Shown: one piece after another, positions 1 to 41,449 of the stretch
Numbering within the stretch: the first letter of the stretch is position 1
Layout: each line of letters starts with the position of its first letter
NCBI GenBank assembly: GCA_030141605.1
Contig: JAQGDQ010000559.1
Location: forward strand, 62,001-126,000
Source: Tubiluchus corallicola
Lineage: Eukaryota; Animalia; Priapulida
Direction: 5' to 3'
DNA: 64,000 bases
Position numbers and translations under genes: made by a program
The notes under the pieces: model-generated
Database searches by the model: none
Told to the model about the DNA's origin: nothing
What the model saw: only the letters and a program-made list of their open reading frames with translations

Positions 1-269
1 CCCATATTTGATCATTTAACCCATCCCAATCCTGGCATTTCCGGGACACCCGAATGTCCCATATTTTGCAATGATTTCAGTTTCTCACATTTCTTTTAGT
101 TATTTACGTTACCTGTGTTGAATAATAATAACATTTTTCCATTGTCTGTATAAAAGAAATATTTTCAAATGATTTTAATTTTGTTTTCCTCATAACCCAT
201 TAAAATCCTTGCTTCATACTTTTAACTCCTGTCTCGACTTTTATATAATGTATTAGTCTGGGTTTGCTG

Positions 270-770
270 TTGTTGGCATCCTTCTGTCTCAGAAGACAAT
301 GGAGTGTGCGCCAAGAGAGTCTGTTATTGATCACATTGATGAAGTGACCTCTCCAGGGTGCACGCCTGGGCAAGGTGTATGCAGATTCTGAGTTGCCCAG
401 ACAACAGGAACCCCCTCTCTTCCTCCCTGGTGTGGTCCAAAGGAAAGCGGAGCGATACGTTGGGCACCAGGTTGGCTGCAGGAACTGCCTGAGTGAGTGA
501 GCATGCTGCACTGGTCCGCCTTCGGGGCTCCACTCCTGATGTGGAAGGTTTACTCCTCTACACATGACTGTTGGGTCACTTGACCTCCTCTGCCCTCTAG
601 CCGGTGGCTACTTGTGCAGCTCTTCCGCCTAGTGTCGAGATACAGTGTGGGCATCCCGCAAGCCTACAGCGCCTGGTATTCCTAGGCGGTGACCCATCCA
701 ATTACTAACCAGGCTCTGCGTTGCTTAACTTCGGTGATCAGATGCAAACCGGTGTTTTCAATGTGATATG
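270..770 (-). mobile_element. 5S rRNA-derived SINE (SINE3-type), copy 1
   Basis: Reverse complement has a 5S-like head (about 660-770) followed by a ~400-nt body nearly identical to 19061-19490, ending GAAGGATGCCAACAACA. Confidence 0.85.
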
Positions 771-1162
771 ATCTGTGTTTGTAGGCATGCATAAATTTAC
801 GTATATAAGAGAGATTTCAAGTTTGTCCCGTATTTCTAATTTTCTAATCTGGCAACCCTATGTACGGAGAAACTAATACATGTATCAGACACATTAACGT
901 CGCTAAGTGAGGACCGATCATATTCTACAATAGAAATGTTTCTTAATCAGACGCATTAATAAAATAAGAAAGTGCACAATTCATTATTTAAGCACATACG
1001 TATTTACAGATTTTCTCACTAGGCCTATATACGTGAAACAAGACACAAATTGGAATCGACGCAATTTACACAAGCAAAAGCAAAGCAAATTCATTTTGGA
1101 AGTCGATGCGTATCTATACACTCAGCACTTTATCCTCTGCATAATTGTCTGTATTCTTTCCC

Positions 1163-1710
1163 AATAAGCCTTTTCACAGTTTCGTTTGGCATGCACACGC
1201 GGTTGCTGTAGGTCAAAGGTTAAGTATACCACAGCAATGTGTCTAAACTGCAACCATCATGTGTGAAAAATAAAGCCATCTGTCGCATCAGTTCAGTAAT
1301 TTGAGTTGTTTTATGTGGACTTTACTTAATTATGAACATTAATTATGAATTTGCTTAATCATTTACATTAGAAAGTGCATACATATTTACTAGCAGATCT
1401 TGCTTAGACGAAAAAATGAACTAGAAACCAAAACACAACAAACCACCAACACAAACAAACCCCACACAAACCACAAACTTTACTTAATCATGCATTAGTC
1501 TGTGTATAAGAGTGATTTACTAGCAGGATTTTGCTTAGGAACAAGAAAAAATGAACTAGGTAAGATTCTAGCTGTTAAAACTGTTATTATTACAACAGCA
1601 CGGGCTGTGAGGCTTTGTCAAGTGTACACAAATGTGTTGTCTAGTACGCTTAACCTTTGACCTTTTCATGGTCATCATCAATTAATTGCTGGAACTGTGA
1701 AAAGGCTCAT
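1163..1710. mobile_element. MITE with TIR AATAAGCCTTTTCACAGTT; related copies at about 5575-5925, 25840-26190, 42268-42637
   Basis: Terminal inverted repeats and a shared internal sequence (GGTCAAAGGTTAAGTGTACC, CTAGTTCATTTTTT, GTAAATCACT) in four places. Confidence 0.7.
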
Positions 1711-1969
1711 TTTGTACGAAGAAATGATAAACACACGAGATACGAAGAAGTAGAAGAATGTATTTCATTGTCCAGAAGAATCACAGAGGTGCATAAATTA
1801 ACCTAAAAACAGTCTGGAATTTATAAATTACACCGTTCTCCACGCACATTCACTTTACACACAGTTAATTCATTTAAAAAAACGTTACTTCTAACAATCA
1901 CGATGCCTCCGTGTATCTATGCACATATTTACAAAAGAAAAAAACACGTTCGTTGCGAGTAACGAGATA

Positions 1970-31097
<29,128 letters not shown>

Positions 31098-31099
31098 CG

Positions 31100-31400
31100 T
31101 GATTGCGAGACAAATGAAAGCTCCTCATCGAACACTCTGCATTTCCTCGCAGCTATTAAGCTATGTGGCACGCCTTATTCAATCAATTGCAGCAACTTTT
31201 CCAGAAGAAACAGTACAAACAGATGAAAAGCTCGTAGTTTTGTAAAACTCTTAATATATAAACTTAAAAATATTGTTTGCATCCAGTCGGTGTCGGTGAC
31301 GTCAACTGTAAAAAGTGAAAAGTTGCAAAAGGTTTTCAGCGAACTGTTTCTGATTTGGTAAGCGAAATATCCACGAACAGCCCCCGTCACGCAGTTTATT
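31100..31400. promoter_or_regulatory. Putative TLK promoter / 5' UTR region with a CRE palindrome
   Basis: Immediately upstream of the TLK ATG; relatively CpG-rich; TGACGTCA at 31297-31304. Confidence 0.4.
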
Positions 31401-32714
31401 AGTGTCGAACTGGTGGGCTATGGAATTAAGCTTTTTACTAAAAAAAAATTACGCTTTCATAGATAAATACTTATTTTGCAGATTTCGTTTTTTTGGTTTG
31501 CAATTGTGGAAAAATAACCTATTTTTATTTGCATCCTTACAGAGCCATTAAGCAGGTTGGGCAGCAATTAAGTTAGCACTATCCTCTCCGAATATAGTAA
31601 CTTTTGCTGCATCTTGCTAAGTGATATTAGCTTGCTTTAAATCGTCTTCAGGTTACGATAGGCAGGTGGTCTTTGGCTTTTTGTTTCTCTTCTGGTGGTT
31701 TCATAATTTTTCTGACAGTCTTTGTGTAGCAATGTGATCGGTGAGATGTGGAAAGTGAGCAGCCAGAGTTGCCAAAATGTAATGATTTAATGCATACTCG
31801 GTTCGCCTTTGCAAGACCTTTTTGTCATAATGTGGTCTCAAAAACTTCAAAATTCCCCTCTGATACATCTATAAGAAAAAACATTCACTTTCTTGGCAAT
31901 CCTGGTTATGCAACTCTCCCATGTTGCACTGTTGTTGAGACACACGTTCATCTCAATTGTGATCGTAATGGAAGACCGGGTCAGGCTACATTCTTTGAAA
32001 AACCACAACTATCATGATCATAGCCTACACAGGAAGGTAACGCGGTCGACTTTTCAATTCCCAGACCTGCCTGATTCACCTAAATGCCCATTGGTGACTT
32101 CACTGCCGATCACTGCTACCCAGTCCCCCATCTTTATTCCTTTTTTGTATCAGTTCTCGGTTTAATCTTTCAGTCTTTCTACTTTTGGTCTGATGTTTGT
32201 CTCCGCAGGTCTCTACGAGGTATAACGATGTCATCAGTAACGTTCAATTGCTTTGCTTCAGTTGTGCTTTTCACCAGTGTACGATGCTGGACACATTCAT
32301 TTGTTGTTTCCTGGCTTCAGCACGATAAATTAAAATCAATAACTAGCTGCTATGAGACGATCAAGACAAAGAGCAATTAACATACATATTAAAACGCGTA
32401 TATACATATATAAAATCACAATACATATACAAATAATTGCGTATGATCAATCCCTGGACTGATGGCTTACAATACTGTCAGATTGCTAGTAAATACGTGA
32501 TTAAAAACATTGAAGAATCGATATTAGTAATTAAAAATACACGTCAGTAATTAAAAATACTTAAAAAAATTACAATTCAGAGTTTTTTTACACACAATTA
32601 AAAATAGTTTTAAATTTAAGTTTATGTATAATACACCAATTCATAAAGAAAGTTATGTATTCACATATCATATGTATTCTTTTATATGTATAAAAACTAT
32701 AAGTATAGCTGCGA

Positions 32715-32749
<35 letters not shown>

Positions 32750-33134
32750 CTAGTTCGTATATATAGTGATGTGTGAACAGACAAGAAGGCATGCCAAAGT
32801 CATGAAGTCTATGCTTATAAAATTGCACGTTTATTAACTATTAGTACAAGTAGAATGGATATTACAGATATAGCCCAGTGTAAAGCCATCAGTCTATAGC
32901 TCTATCTCTTCTGCCTCGGCCCAGAAGTGCAACTAGTTTTTTTATCTCTGTGCATCAAACTATTTCGCCTTATTTGAGATCAATAATTATGACGTGTTCT
33001 ATTTTAGAAACTAAATGGGTTTTCCCCAACTGATACGGTACATCAAGCGTTAGATATGAACTATTTAAACATTCTCTTTACTCTGGGTGTGCTTAGGGCA
33101 TCGACGCACCTTAATCCGGCCTTGTGTTAGATAA

Positions 33135-33480
33135 TCATACTTTTGTGTATTGAAAGAAGGAGGTATGATAAACCAAGAAAAATCCCGGCTGAAAATCATA
33201 TATGCACATAGTGTTTAAGAAACGAAATCGAAAACGATTTGAACTTTATTATAAAATGCCCATATTACAATGATCTTAGAGAAAAATTGTATAATCACAT
33301 CAATGATATTATACCAGAATTTTTCATTTTATAAGCGATGCTGATAAATTTTTATTCTTGATGGGAAGTAATGATTTAGAAGTCATTAAGGCATTTATTA
33401 ATTATGTTGAAAAAGCGTTTTTAAGACACGGTGAACAACATACTATGTAATGATCATATCATTGGAAATGAGGCCTAATG
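33135..33480 (+). mobile_element. 3' fragment of a non-LTR retrotransposon
   Basis: LCIERRRYDKPRKIPAENHICT*CLRNEIENDLNFIIKCPYYNDLRE resembles the C-terminal L-IE-GRY..C..C..EDE.HF...CP.Y...R motif of LINE ORF2. Confidence 0.65.
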
Positions 33481-33589
33481 AATGACATTTTATTTTTAAT
33501 ACTAATCATTAAACTTTTCATTTAAATAACTAAAATAAATAAGAGGAAGATTTAATAATATTTGTTTTATTGGTAATTGTTTTGTTTGT

Positions 33590-34438
33590 ATGTCTTGTTT
33601 TTTTCTTATAAATTTCAAAATTAAAATTGTATGAATGTCTTGCTTTTTCTTGTACATTTCAAAATTAAAATTGCATGTATGTCCTGCTTTTTCTTGTATA
33701 TTCCAAAATTGAAATTGCATGTATGTCCTGCTTTTTCTTGTACATTTCAAAATTAAAATTGCATGTATGTCCTGCTTTTTCTTGTATATTCCAAAATTGA
33801 AATTGTATGCATGTCCTGCTTTTTCTTGTACATTTCAAAATTGAAATTGTATGCATGTCTTGCTTTTTTCTTGTATATTTGAAAATTGAAATTGTACGCA
33901 TGTCTTGCTTTTTCCTTCTTTATTCCAAAATTGAAATTGTATGCATGTCTTGCTTTTTTCTTGTAGATTCCAAAATTGAAATTGTACGCATGTCTTGCTT
34001 TTTTCTTGTATATTTGAAAATTGAAATTGTATGCATGTCTTGCTTTTTTCTTGTATATTTGAAAATTGAAATTGTACGCATGTCTTGCTTTTTTCTTGTA
34101 TATTTGAAAATTGAAATTGTATGCATGTCTTGCTTTTTTCTTGTATATTTGAAAATTGAAATTGCATGCATGTCTTGCTTTTTTCTTGTATATTTGAAAA
34201 TTGAAATTGTATGCATGTCTTGCTTTTTCCTTCTTTATTCCAAAATTGAAATTGTATGCATGTCTTGCTTTTTTCTTGTATATTCCAAAATTGAAATTGT
34301 ACGCATGTCTTGCTTTTTTCTTGTATATTTGAAAATTGAAATTGCATGCATGTCTTGCTTTTTTCTTGTATATTTGAAAATTGAAATTGTATGCATGTCT
34401 TGCTTTTTCCTTATCAATTTCAAAATTGAAATTGCACA
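33590..34438. repeat. 44-45-bp satellite, about 19 copies
   Basis: Unit AAAATTGAAATTGTATGCATGTCTTGCTTTTTTCTTGTATATTTG. Confidence 0.97.
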
Positions 34439-35666
34439 CATGTGTTATGAACAGTTTACTGTAGATGAATGTTTAGCTAGTATTATGAATAGGTACTGTA
34501 AGTACTACGGGATGGGAAAGCCACAGACAGCTGTCCTTCAACAAGTGCATAAGTTGGAAACCAGGTTGTCGTCCTAGTTTTATTTCGACGGCTTCAGTCG
34601 GCACGTTTTCTAGCTATGAAAAATGTATCTCTGTAAGTGTTACCTGCGGACTATGTAATTTGTTGAAGTTTGGCATTTAACATTTTATAACTGTGATTAC
34701 AGTTAAAGGACAGTAATGTTTTCGAGCAGTCCAGATATGTTTTGATACATTTTGTGCACTATCGGAATTTACAACAAATGGATACTTGTGACAGTTTGCT
34801 AAAGCCGTTATGGGATTACTACTGTTCATGTGGAAGGTTGGACTGAATATCACCGCATAAATTTACCTGACGTCAGCCTCTGAGGAAGTTAAACCATTCT
34901 CGATGTTACCTCACCGACCTCATCTACTGGACAGTGTAGACTTCGTTTACAGTGACTCCACCAATGACTTGTGTGGCATGCCAAGACGTTAATGGACAGT
35001 GAACCATCTCAGCGTGGACAGGTTTTTCGGTGCACCTCCCAGGGAAAGGGTAATTAGTGAGTACCTAGTGTATTAGAATCTTAATTTATTTATCTTTAGT
35101 TGGGTTTTGTCTCGTATTTATTTTTCTTCTATGTCTGGTAAACAACTTTATGTCTAAGAAGTTTTGCAACAATTTAAAGGTTTGTTGTTTAAAGTATAAC
35201 ATGATTTAGATATGCTTTATTGAAAAACAGCTAGGCTCTAGTGATTAAGTATAATCTTGTTGTCTGAGAAACTGCCTTTGAAAGTACTTTTGATTATCAC
35301 AAATTTGTTAATTAAATTTTGATCGTTCTTTATACACAAAAATATCTATCTTGGAGTGCGTTTTTTGTGAAAGTTTAAGAAGTATTTGAATAGTAAAAAT
35401 ATTATGAATAGTTCACACTTTGTTAGCTAAATACAATAACAGCAACTCAAGACCGACACTTGAGATCCCACACGTGATTCGAACCCACATCTTTTGTCTC
35501 AAGGTACGCCCCGTAGAGGTACCTATGAGAAACTGATTCAGTTTCTAAACAATTAACATCTGTGTACTACTACCTCACCGCTCGGCTAGGAGTATGTTGG
35601 GAATTGTTGAAGTAAATCTGATTTAAATAAAAAACAGAAAACCAACAAGTAAAGCCGGGCGTCACG

Positions 35667-36075
35667 GCATGTGTTTTTTTCTTGTATATTTCAAAATTGA
35701 AATTGTATGCATGTCTTGCTTTTTCCTTATATATTTCAAAATTGAAATTGCATGCATGTCTTGCTTTTTCCTTATATATTTCAAAATTGAAATTGTATGC
35801 ATGTCTTGCTTTTTCCTTATATATTTCAAAATTGAAATTGCATGCATGTCTTGCTTTTTCCTTATATATTTCAAAATTGAAATTGTATGCATGTCTTGCT
35901 TTTTTGAAATTGTGTGTATGTCTTGCTTTTTTCTTGTATATTTCAAAATTGAAATTGTATGTATGTCTTGCTTTTTTCTTGTATATTTCAAAATTGAAAT
36001 TGTATGCATGTCTTGTTTTTTGCTTGTATATTTCAAAATTGATATTGCATGTATGTGTTGCTTTTTTCTTGTATT
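35667..36075. repeat. Second block of the same 45-bp satellite, about 9 copies
   Basis: Same monomer as 33590-34438. Confidence 0.95.
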
Positions 36076-37911
36076 GTATGTATTTTTTGACACTAATAAA
36101 TATCTAAATAAATATTTGATCCACGTTGTTTACAATCGTAACTAACATCATGTGACGTCGTCTTTGATCAAAACAAGTTATAGCGGGGATCCCCGTTTTA
36201 CCCTTATCAGCGCTACATAAATAGATGTGTCAAGGATTTTGTTTGTCAAATTTAGTATAGCTATAAGTTACAAGTGGCGACACCTGGCCTCAATAGTCGC
36301 TTCCTACAGAGTTTCCGGTCATTTAGGTTTCAATGTGTACATGTTGTGACGTGTTCTGTGAACTCATGATTTAATGCCAACGATGTACGTAAATTTTATT
36401 TAGTCATTTATTTTATTTACTGTAAGCTTCTCATTAATTTAATCATATACGATGTTTTGGTAGAAATGAATCAGTTTATTAAAGAAATTTATATCTTATT
36501 TCAGATAAAATGTAATATTTTGGGATGAAGCAAATGACTACGGGGCATGTGCCACGAAAATGGTACAAACAATAAACAGTTATACTGAGCAAATGATGAC
36601 TTTGTTTGTTTGTCTCCGTAAAGCCCAAACAAGAGGAAATGAGATAATCCCCAGATTTCTGAGTTACAAGCGCAAACTCGGTTTCGTCATCGTAAGTGCC
36701 TTCGTGACATCGTGATCGTATCTATGAAAGTACAATCTAAAAACCTGGATTCACGCCTACAAACGGTGTGATAATTTCTCGGCTGTTTGAAACGTGAGTT
36801 TAGAACATGATGAACTCTAGTATTAAAAATATTGTGCTTACACTTCCGACTGATTTAATCGGATGCAATTTTTTGTGGTGTCTTTTTTAATTTGTGTAAT
36901 AATATCTCAATAACTATTTAATATGCGCATGCATAACAGGAGAAGAGTCTCCCCCATGTCATAACTCTCAAGACACGTTTGTAATAGTGCGTTCTGAATT
37001 ATCTATTAAATGTGTTGTAAACTCTACTACATTGCTCAGACACATCTTGTATCTTCAATTTGTTGCATTTTAAGTACAAGTGCATAAGTTTATCAATTCA
37101 GTTTAGTCATCTCGAGATTTGTATCCATTTCAATAGAAATATCACAATTACATTATGTAATGCAATTTTTTGCGCTAAAATTTTATTTATGATTCTTCTT
37201 CCTGAATTTTGAATGTTAACTAACGAATAAAACATTGTAAATCGTAAACCGACAACTGCAAATTGTTAATCCTTACACTGTAAAGAATGACTTCAGTATT
37301 TTTGGTAATTTGTGTAGCACAAAGAGCATTGTACTAGATTATTTTGTACTACATATACTTTTTTCAGCTTTGTAATGAGTGTCAGAATAACCTTGCTTGA
37401 AATAACACAATAAATTATTTTGTCATCGAACCACATTATATCGTTAGTTTTTTATTTTGTATAAGTAAATAATAATTATATTAATAATAAATGTATTATT
37501 ATCATTAATTTTTATTTCAGCCCAACTGACCACAAGAATTTTATCTAATCCTAATATTTTAATAACACTGCTGTGTAAAAAATAAACTCAACGTGTTGTG
37601 AAAACAAAACCTAATGAACAACATTTAAAGTTCTGGTTAATATTAAAAGTTTTACTGATTTAACTAACTGAAACACGACAAAGTTAAAAATGTTCATATA
37701 TGTTTAATCAATAAGACTACAGCTAATATGTTATAGTCTATGTGTCCATGGGGTTCACATGTCTTTGTCAAGGCTGATAAAACGAAGCTGTCACTAAAAA
37801 TTGTAACACTAGCATTATAATTATGCTTCAGTGAGTTTCTCTGTGTTTACAAATTCATTAATTCTTCTAGCAGAATGAAGTTACTATATCGGACTTGTTT
37901 TACAAGACAAG

Positions 37912-38022
37912 AACTTTTGTTACCAAGGCCAGCACTTTTGTTACCAAGGCCAGCACGTTTGTTATCAAGGCCCACTCTTTTGTTACCAAGGCCAGCACTT
38001 TTGTTACCAAGGCCCACACTTT
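37912..38022. repeat. 21-bp tandem repeat CACTTTTGTTACCAAGGCCAG, about 5 copies
   Basis: Direct inspection. Confidence 0.85.
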
Positions 38023-38820
38023 TTCAGCTTGTATTGCTGACGATGTCTTCAATTAATGCCACAAGAATTTTCACAATATGCTGTAGGACTACTTTTGTGC
38101 AATGATTGTTTACCTCTATTAGAATATACTGCAATGGACCTATAACTTTCCAGGGTAGCAAATATCGCTTTTGATGAAAACATGTGAATGACCTCAACGA
38201 CAATCGTTTCTATCAGCTGAATACCTAACCATATCAAGGTCAAATGCTGCAACGTAGTAATAACAGCTTTATTTTCAGCCCAGTTGTGTACGACAGTATC
38301 TAATTACTCACTAATTAGACAACATACTGCTAAAACATTTCGCCAAGTTGTGCACGGGTAAAAGAACCATAAAATAAGTTTAACTTCATTTTCATTATAT
38401 TCCCCCTTTAATTCTATAGATGCGCACTAGGTCTCTGCGCATCAAACTAGTTCGCTTTATTTGGGATTTATATTCTTTACTTGCGATATATTTCAAATTG
38501 AAATTGTATGTATCTCTTGCTTTTTCTTATATGTATGTATTTTTGGTACTAATAAATATCCAACCCACCCTAATATCATGACTTTCATAGCTAGAAACAT
38601 AAACGTAAACATAAAAGTGGCGGGGATCCCCGTTTTACCCTTATCAGCATTACATACAAAACAAACTGAAGTCAGGGGATCCCCAGATTCCGGACTTAGA
38701 AGCGCAAGCAGTAAGATGTAAGTAGAATGATTTTTAACGCTATGCATGTACCTTTTGCGCTAGTTAGTTACGTAAATGTTATAATGCGCGCCTCACTGCC
38801 TAAAATTATGTTTTGTAGTA

Positions 38821-39641
38821 TAGGTTTTACATGTCAAATGTAGACCTGCGTTAACTCAAATGTAGACATGTCAAGTCAAATGTGACATTGGTATCACAAA
38901 TGTGGATAGGTGGTAAAGCTTAAAGATGTTAAATTTAATCTTAATTTAATGATTGCTGTGAAAATAATAACTTTATAGGTCTACTAATAGTTCATTAATA
39001 TTCTGTAAACTTTACATACCATTGGAACTGTTAGAGAAAACAATACGTTCTTAAGAGAAACTAATTCATTAATGCAGTGCTAAATGCATTACTTAAAAAA
39101 ACTGATTCACTGATTAGTGATTCACTGTTCATTGGGAAGTGGGAACCAATTTATTCTTTTCTACCGACGTTATGGTTTATCAAGGAATTTAGTTTGAGGA
39201 TAAACAACACATTTTTCAAACTTATGAAAGAGGTGATGAATATCTTTGGTTTATCTTTTTGTAATTTGCACTTAATTACCGATTTATTCAAAGTACCGCA
39301 TCTACATTTGACTTACCTAAGTCACATTAGAGTTACCAAAACACATTCGAAATTCCTGTGTCTACATTTGACTTACCTGAGTCACATTTGAGTTACCAAA
39401 ACACATTCGAAATTCCTACGTCTACATTTGACTTACCTAAGTCACATTTGAGTTACCAAAACACATTCGAAATTCCTGTGCCTACATTTGACTTACCTAA
39501 GTCACATTTGAACTTTCCTGTGTCTACATTTGACTTACCTGAGTCACATTTGAGTTACCAAAACACATTCGAAATTCCCACGTCTACATTTGACTTACCT
39601 AAGTCACATTTGAACTTTCCTGTCTACATTTGTAAAACCTA
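38821..39641. mobile_element. MITE with TIR TAGGTTTTACA and internal 39/60-bp tandem repeats (39300-39630)
   Basis: TA|TAGGTTTTACA..CAAATGTAGAC at left; GTCTACATTTGTAAAACCTA|TA at right; GTCTACATTTGAC motif is reiterated subterminally. Confidence 0.7.
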
Positions 39642-40901
39642 TATAGCACATTAGACATCGTTTTCTCTTATTGTACTTAATGGTTTTAATTCTTGTTTGA
39701 GTTGACCGTTTTTTTCTTTAAATTATTTCAAATATAAAATTATTATTTTAATTAAAAAACCAAAGTTTTCATTGGTTGAAAGCATAGATTACTTTAATAC
39801 TTTATTACCTCATTCACTTATCGTCCCAATTTAGCATAATATTACAGTTTACAGTAATTTTATAATATTACATTTTGAAAAATTCGTCAATAATTTAGAA
39901 ATTTGTTTTTTCTTTGTTTGTTTGTTCCTTATGTAGTCTAAACTCTTAAGCGATTTTTGTACGCACTTTCAAGTTTGTTATGGAAAATTTACAAGAAAAA
40001 ACAACATTTATAATTACAATTTACCTGTTTGTATTTTCAAAAAACGTTGTAGCAGGAAGCGGATGGTGGGCCAACTATTGTTGTTTTTCTTGTTTGTGTT
40101 TTTTGTGAACTTTTCTTATTTTATAAATTTTAACACCTGATGAAACTTCAGCGCTTAAAAGTTCGGTACCTGTAATAATTTTATTAAAATTTTGTCATCA
40201 AGGATTGTTATCGAGTTTTGGAATAATTTATGAATTAAATTTACTGCCAAAAAACCGATGAAATATGAAAAATGAGCTAATTTATTTTTATTTATTATTC
40301 TTTTTTGAAAACGATGATGTAGAAACACATCAAGCAAATAAAATTTCTCAAATTTTAAAAGATTTAAAGTTCATTTATTTAAAATTTCAACACAACGAAA
40401 ATCATTGACGGATGTTTTTAACTTTTATCCTTTCTTACAAAAACAAATACTTCGAAACCTTTTAAAGGAAGTTTTACATTCTTGTATCTTTTATTTCTCA
40501 CACGAATACTCACGAATAACCCGTAATGGGTTTCAAAATATTTGTTTTTGTAAGAGTCAATAAAGGTTAAAAACATCCGTGGATCTGCTTATGATTTACG
40601 TTGTACTGATATTACTAAAATGTTAGTTCAAACTTTGTTTTTAATGTCCTATGTAGTCAACACAGCAAGTTTGTTTTTAATTGTATTATTTCGCGTACGA
40701 CAGGGACTATTTTATCGCTACATTTCTGCCGTTCGGTATTTTAAATATTAGTATATATATATGTAGATATATAGATATATATATGTACTACTAATATTTA
40801 TTGTACGTATATACTAATATACTATATATACTAATATAGAAAATATATTAATATCCTATATAGCAAATATACTATATCTTTTTATCTGAATTTTTCAAAA
40901 A

Positions 40902-40941
<40 letters not shown>

Positions 40942-41064
40942 TTTTTGAAAAATTCAGATAAAATAGATATATATATATATATGTAGTTTGTTACTTACGG
41001 TCATCAAAAACAAGCTCTTTGACCTAATGTTAACTGTTAATTCTACAACCGACTTTAAATAAAG

Positions 41065-41275
<211 letters not shown>

Positions 41276-41449
41276 ACAGCCAACTATAATATAAAATCAG
41301 ACAGCAACTCTTGCCATTTTACATGTAGCCAATGGTTGATCTGTTAACTCATAGACTTTACACTCTTGTTTTTCCGCCATGTTGTATTGTAACTTTCTAT
41401 TTTCAGAACGTAGTCTTTGTTTACAAAGACTCAAGATCAACAAAGCAAA

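Noticed and set aside
37875-38105. 76-aa ORF with LLLPRPA repeats
   Set aside because: Explained by a 21-bp tandem repeat; no supporting exon structure.
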